A DNA stretch of 63,628 nucleotides, filler included, from Octopus bimaculoides (lineage: Eukaryota): NCBI RefSeq assembly GCF_001194135.2. It is 9 parts of 8 records of this genome, joined end to end, with 100 filler letters (N's around TTAATTAATTAA, not from the genome) between each part and the next. Parts side by side here need not be neighbours in the genome. Positions count along the whole stretch, not along the records: positions 56,353 to 63,628 come from NW_026410919.1; 8 more parts are not named here. One strand, given 5' to 3'. Shown piece after piece: positions 63,584 to 63,628 of this stretch (positions are counted from its first letter, which is position 1; each line of letters begins with the position of its first letter). Made by a program: the position numbers and the translations under genes. The notes beneath the pieces are model-generated. The model was not told the DNA's origin and did not search any database. It worked only from the letters and a program-made list of their open reading frames with translations.

Positions 63584-63628
<45 letters not shown>

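Noticed and set aside
63498-63628. Exact repeat of about 63092-63200 after a 10-N gap
   Set aside because: Typical assembly overlap artefact beside a gap.

Overview
AT-rich, microsatellite-dense eukaryotic DNA. The SINE, RTE and Penelope families look octopod (Octopus-like); this is an inference from recalled repeat families, not a database match. The window is not contiguous. Eight identical 100-bp spacers (44 N + TTAATTAATTAA + 44 N) join nine separate scaffolds: 1-2435, 2536-15996, 16097-22649, 22750-27483, 27584-38875, 38976-43150, 43251-51760, 51861-56252 and 56353-63628. Most recognisable content is decayed mobile DNA: three Penelope-like (PLE) RT copies (one with a C-terminal GIY-YIG), RTE and Tx1/L1 LINE fragments, two Tc1/mariner transposases, Helitrons (one with STPR repeats), MITEs and several tRNA-derived SINE families. 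No host protein gene, rRNA or CRISPR array can be called with confidence; three possible host exons are flagged at low confidence. The main unexpected signal is eight type I, mostly minimal, hammerhead-ribozyme motifs. Several sit in short inverted-repeat elements: a ~260-bp element with 31-bp terminal inverted repeats and an intact-core GUC hammerhead (43401-43661), a ~364-bp foldback with a central hammerhead (15599-15962), and a ~320-bp rod-like foldback with a hammerhead in each polarity (12199-12519). All folds were done by eye and none is experimentally tested.
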